From: Marsupella aquatica
Lineage: Eukaryota; Plantae; Marchantiophyta
Direction of reading: 5' to 3'
Assembly: GCA_973895155.1 (NCBI GenBank)
Contig: OZ316895.1
Coordinates: forward strand, 7,862,184-7,926,183
Length of the DNA stretch: 64,000 nt
In this document: positions 61,786 through 64,000 of the stretch, piece by piece
How positions within the stretch are numbered: the stretch's first letter is position 1
Layout: each line of letters opens with the position of its first letter
Position numbers and translations under genes: made by a program
The notes under the pieces: generated by a model
Database searches by the model: none
What the model was told of the DNA's origin: nothing
The model's input: only the letters and a program-made list of their open reading frames with translations

Positions 61786-62835
61786 ATGGGGATGTCAAGT
61801 TTCTGCAAGACGGTTGCATTCTTGCTCGTCGTACTTTGCATTGTAGAAGACCATGCAGCAGATGGTCGGGTGCTCAGGATGGGCGCCCAGCACTTTGCCA
61901 AACGGTCCCCACGACCCCTTCCCTCGATTCAGAAAGGGAAGCTTGGTGCTACTCATAGGAGGCTAGCCTTTCTCGTGGAAGAGGTGCCAACGATTCTGGA
62001 GTACCACAACGGCCCAATCCTCTCGGCCACTCCTCCAGTTCCCATCTACATTATCTGGTACGGTGATTTTAGCGAAGCCCACCGATCCATCGTGAGAGAT
62101 TTCTTCGCTTCTTTCTCAGAAGGTGCTGATAGTCACCCAACAGTGAGCAGCTGGTGGAAGCTCACCAGTGGCTACAAAGATGCAGCAGGGTCAGCGGTAC
62201 AAGGCAAATTGGAACTGAAAGCGGAGCTCTCCAACGCTTACACGAAAGGGAAGTCACTAGCTGTCACCGACCTCGAAGCATTGGTGATCGATTCTCTTGC
62301 CACATTGCCCAAAGACTCCAACGGTATCTACCTCATCTTCACTTCGGAGGATACCTCTGTCGAAGGCTTCTGTATGAATTCATGCGGGTCTCACTTCGCC
62401 ACACAGCCATCAGATGCTACCAATGGGCTGCAGCTGCCATACGGGTGGGTGGGGAACTCTGCTACTCAATGCCCAGGGATGTGCGCTTGGCCTTATGCCA
62501 AGGCTCAGTATGGTCCTAATGTGGATCCCTTGGTGGCTCCCAACGGTGATATTGGGATGGATGGGATCATCATCAACTTGGGAACAATTCTTGCCGGTAC
62601 TGCCACGAATCCGTTCAACAACGGGTTCTTTCAAGGAGATGCGGCTGCACCAGTGGAGGCAGCCTCTGCATGTACAGGGATTTACGGGGAGGATGCTTAC
62701 CCAGGGTACCCTGGAAAGCTCCTCTCTGACGTCATCACTGGATCAAGCTACAATGTGAAGGGCGTGAATGATCGGATGTTCCTCTTGCCTGCAATCTGGG
62801 ATCCAGCCACGCTCAAGTGCACACCTCCTTTGTAA
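61786..62835 (+). CDS. EXORDIUM/PHI-1-like secreted protein (EXO copy 3), single exon
   Basis: Signal peptide MGMSSFCKTVAFLLVVLCIV; motifs LEYHNGPIL, IYIIWYGDF, PTVSSWW, VEGFCMNSCGSH, WVGNSATQCPGMCAWPY, APNGDIGMDGIIINL, AYPGYPGKLL and FLLPAIWDP. Confidence 0.96.
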   Translation: MGMSSFCKTVAFLLVVLCIVEDHAADGRVLRMGAQHFAKRSPRPLPSIQKGKLGATHRRLAFLVEEVPTILEYHNGPILSATPPVPIYIIWYGDFSEAHRSIVRDFFASFSEGADSHPTVSSWWKLTSGYKDAAGSAVQGKLELKAELSNAYTKGKSLAVTDLEALVIDSLATLPKDSNGIYLIFTSEDTSVEGFCMNSCGSHFATQPSDATNGLQLPYGWVGNSATQCPGMCAWPYAKAQYGPNVDPLVAPNGDIGMDGIIINLGTILAGTATNPFNNGFFQGDAAAPVEAASACTGIYGEDAYPGYPGKLLSDVITGSSYNVKGVNDRMFLLPAIWDPATLKCTPPL

Positions 62836-64000
62836 ATCTTGTAGAAAAGCGCTCTCATTGCTATGTAGTCAAAGAAACCACTCAACTGCGGCCACCACTA
62901 TGTAGGATGTCCCACTTTCCGTAACTCTCCGGCATTCCTCTGCATTCTGAAGAGCTGTTCAGGAATGATAGATTACATGTATATAATTTTTGTAGGAAAT
63001 CTAATATCTGTATTTGCTCGGGATTGTTGTCCCTTATACAAGTGACCCTCATGAAAACGAGGGAAACACTTTTGTGATCACAAATTTTCTGATCCGAAGC
63101 TTGTCAGTGGATGAAATGCTGGAGTCGTTAGACATCTTGTTGTCCCTTCAGAATTTGTTGTGGAAGAAGCGTGGATGGATCCCAGATTAAAGAATCCAGA
63201 CTGATATGAATGAATGGATTGACTCTGTTACATTACCGTACAAGAGTTTACAGACTGGAAGAACGGACATGATTGAAGTGTATGATCCAGTGCTCACAAG
63301 GACCGCCAATCGGACTCCACCTGGTCGTATTCCCCACAAAAATGAAGAATAGAACCTTGAAGTGTCTTTGTGAAGGAGCATCAAACGACGATTATTTCAT
63401 GAACGTAGGAGTTTCGGTTGTCTGAAGTACGAGATCCACAGTGCTTCCCAATGCTGGACATTGACTCAAGCCATACAGAAATTTGAATTTCGTGGAACAC
63501 TTCATGTGCTGCATTCACGAATGTATGAAACACACTTCAAATGCGCGCCAAAAAGCGCAACCATCATCAATGTCAGAACGACGATGTTTATGGAATTCGG
63601 TGGATTTCATGAACGAAGAGACCGAGTGGACAATCCATAACTCGGAGATGAGAGATGAATTTCTTTCGATGCACATGGGGAAATATCAAGTTCAACCCGT
63701 GTACCAGTGTGAGCAGCCGGATTAGTATTAATCCCAGGCCATTCCATCCCAAAGTTTGTGAGGTGCACTCGACAAACTTCAATCTGCACACGCCACGGTT
63801 TAATGTACTGAGTGCAACTGCTTGCCAAGTGTACTTTCCATCACCAACCAATTCCCAAACTGGTATAAACGCTGGTAGATTTCTCCTAGGAAAAATTGAG
63901 TTACCATGGCAGCTCGCGACATATAAAGCTATCAGTCGAAAAGGTTTACAGTCCTTTTATCTATGAATAAAAACACTCTTCAAGGAAAAACGAAGGGTTA

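Overview
Eukaryotic, land-plant-type genomic DNA, not prokaryotic. The protein style suggests a non-seed plant such as a bryophyte, but that is inference. Host genes: three intronless EXORDIUM/PHI-1 (phosphate-induced protein 1) family genes, two in tandem on the minus strand (~9.1-10.1 kb and ~22.5-23.5 kb) and one on the plus strand (~61.8-62.8 kb). Between the second and third lies a transposon island. It holds a probable non-autonomous Helitron carrying a minisatellite and a tRNA-derived SINE (17-bp TSD), and three full-length Tnt1/Tork-like Ty1/copia LTR retrotransposons: A (27446-34429), B (35750-48303) and C (38060-44450, nested in the gag of B). Two copies of a MITE with 8-bp TSDs sit inside A and B, and a calmodulin-like EF-hand pseudogene fragment abuts B. 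The most intriguing signal: the diverged relatives A and B both have an in-frame TGA at the same position between gag and protease, suggesting programmed recoding or splicing rather than decay. Most short ORFs in the supplied track look like noise. No CRISPR, rRNA or intact tRNA was seen.
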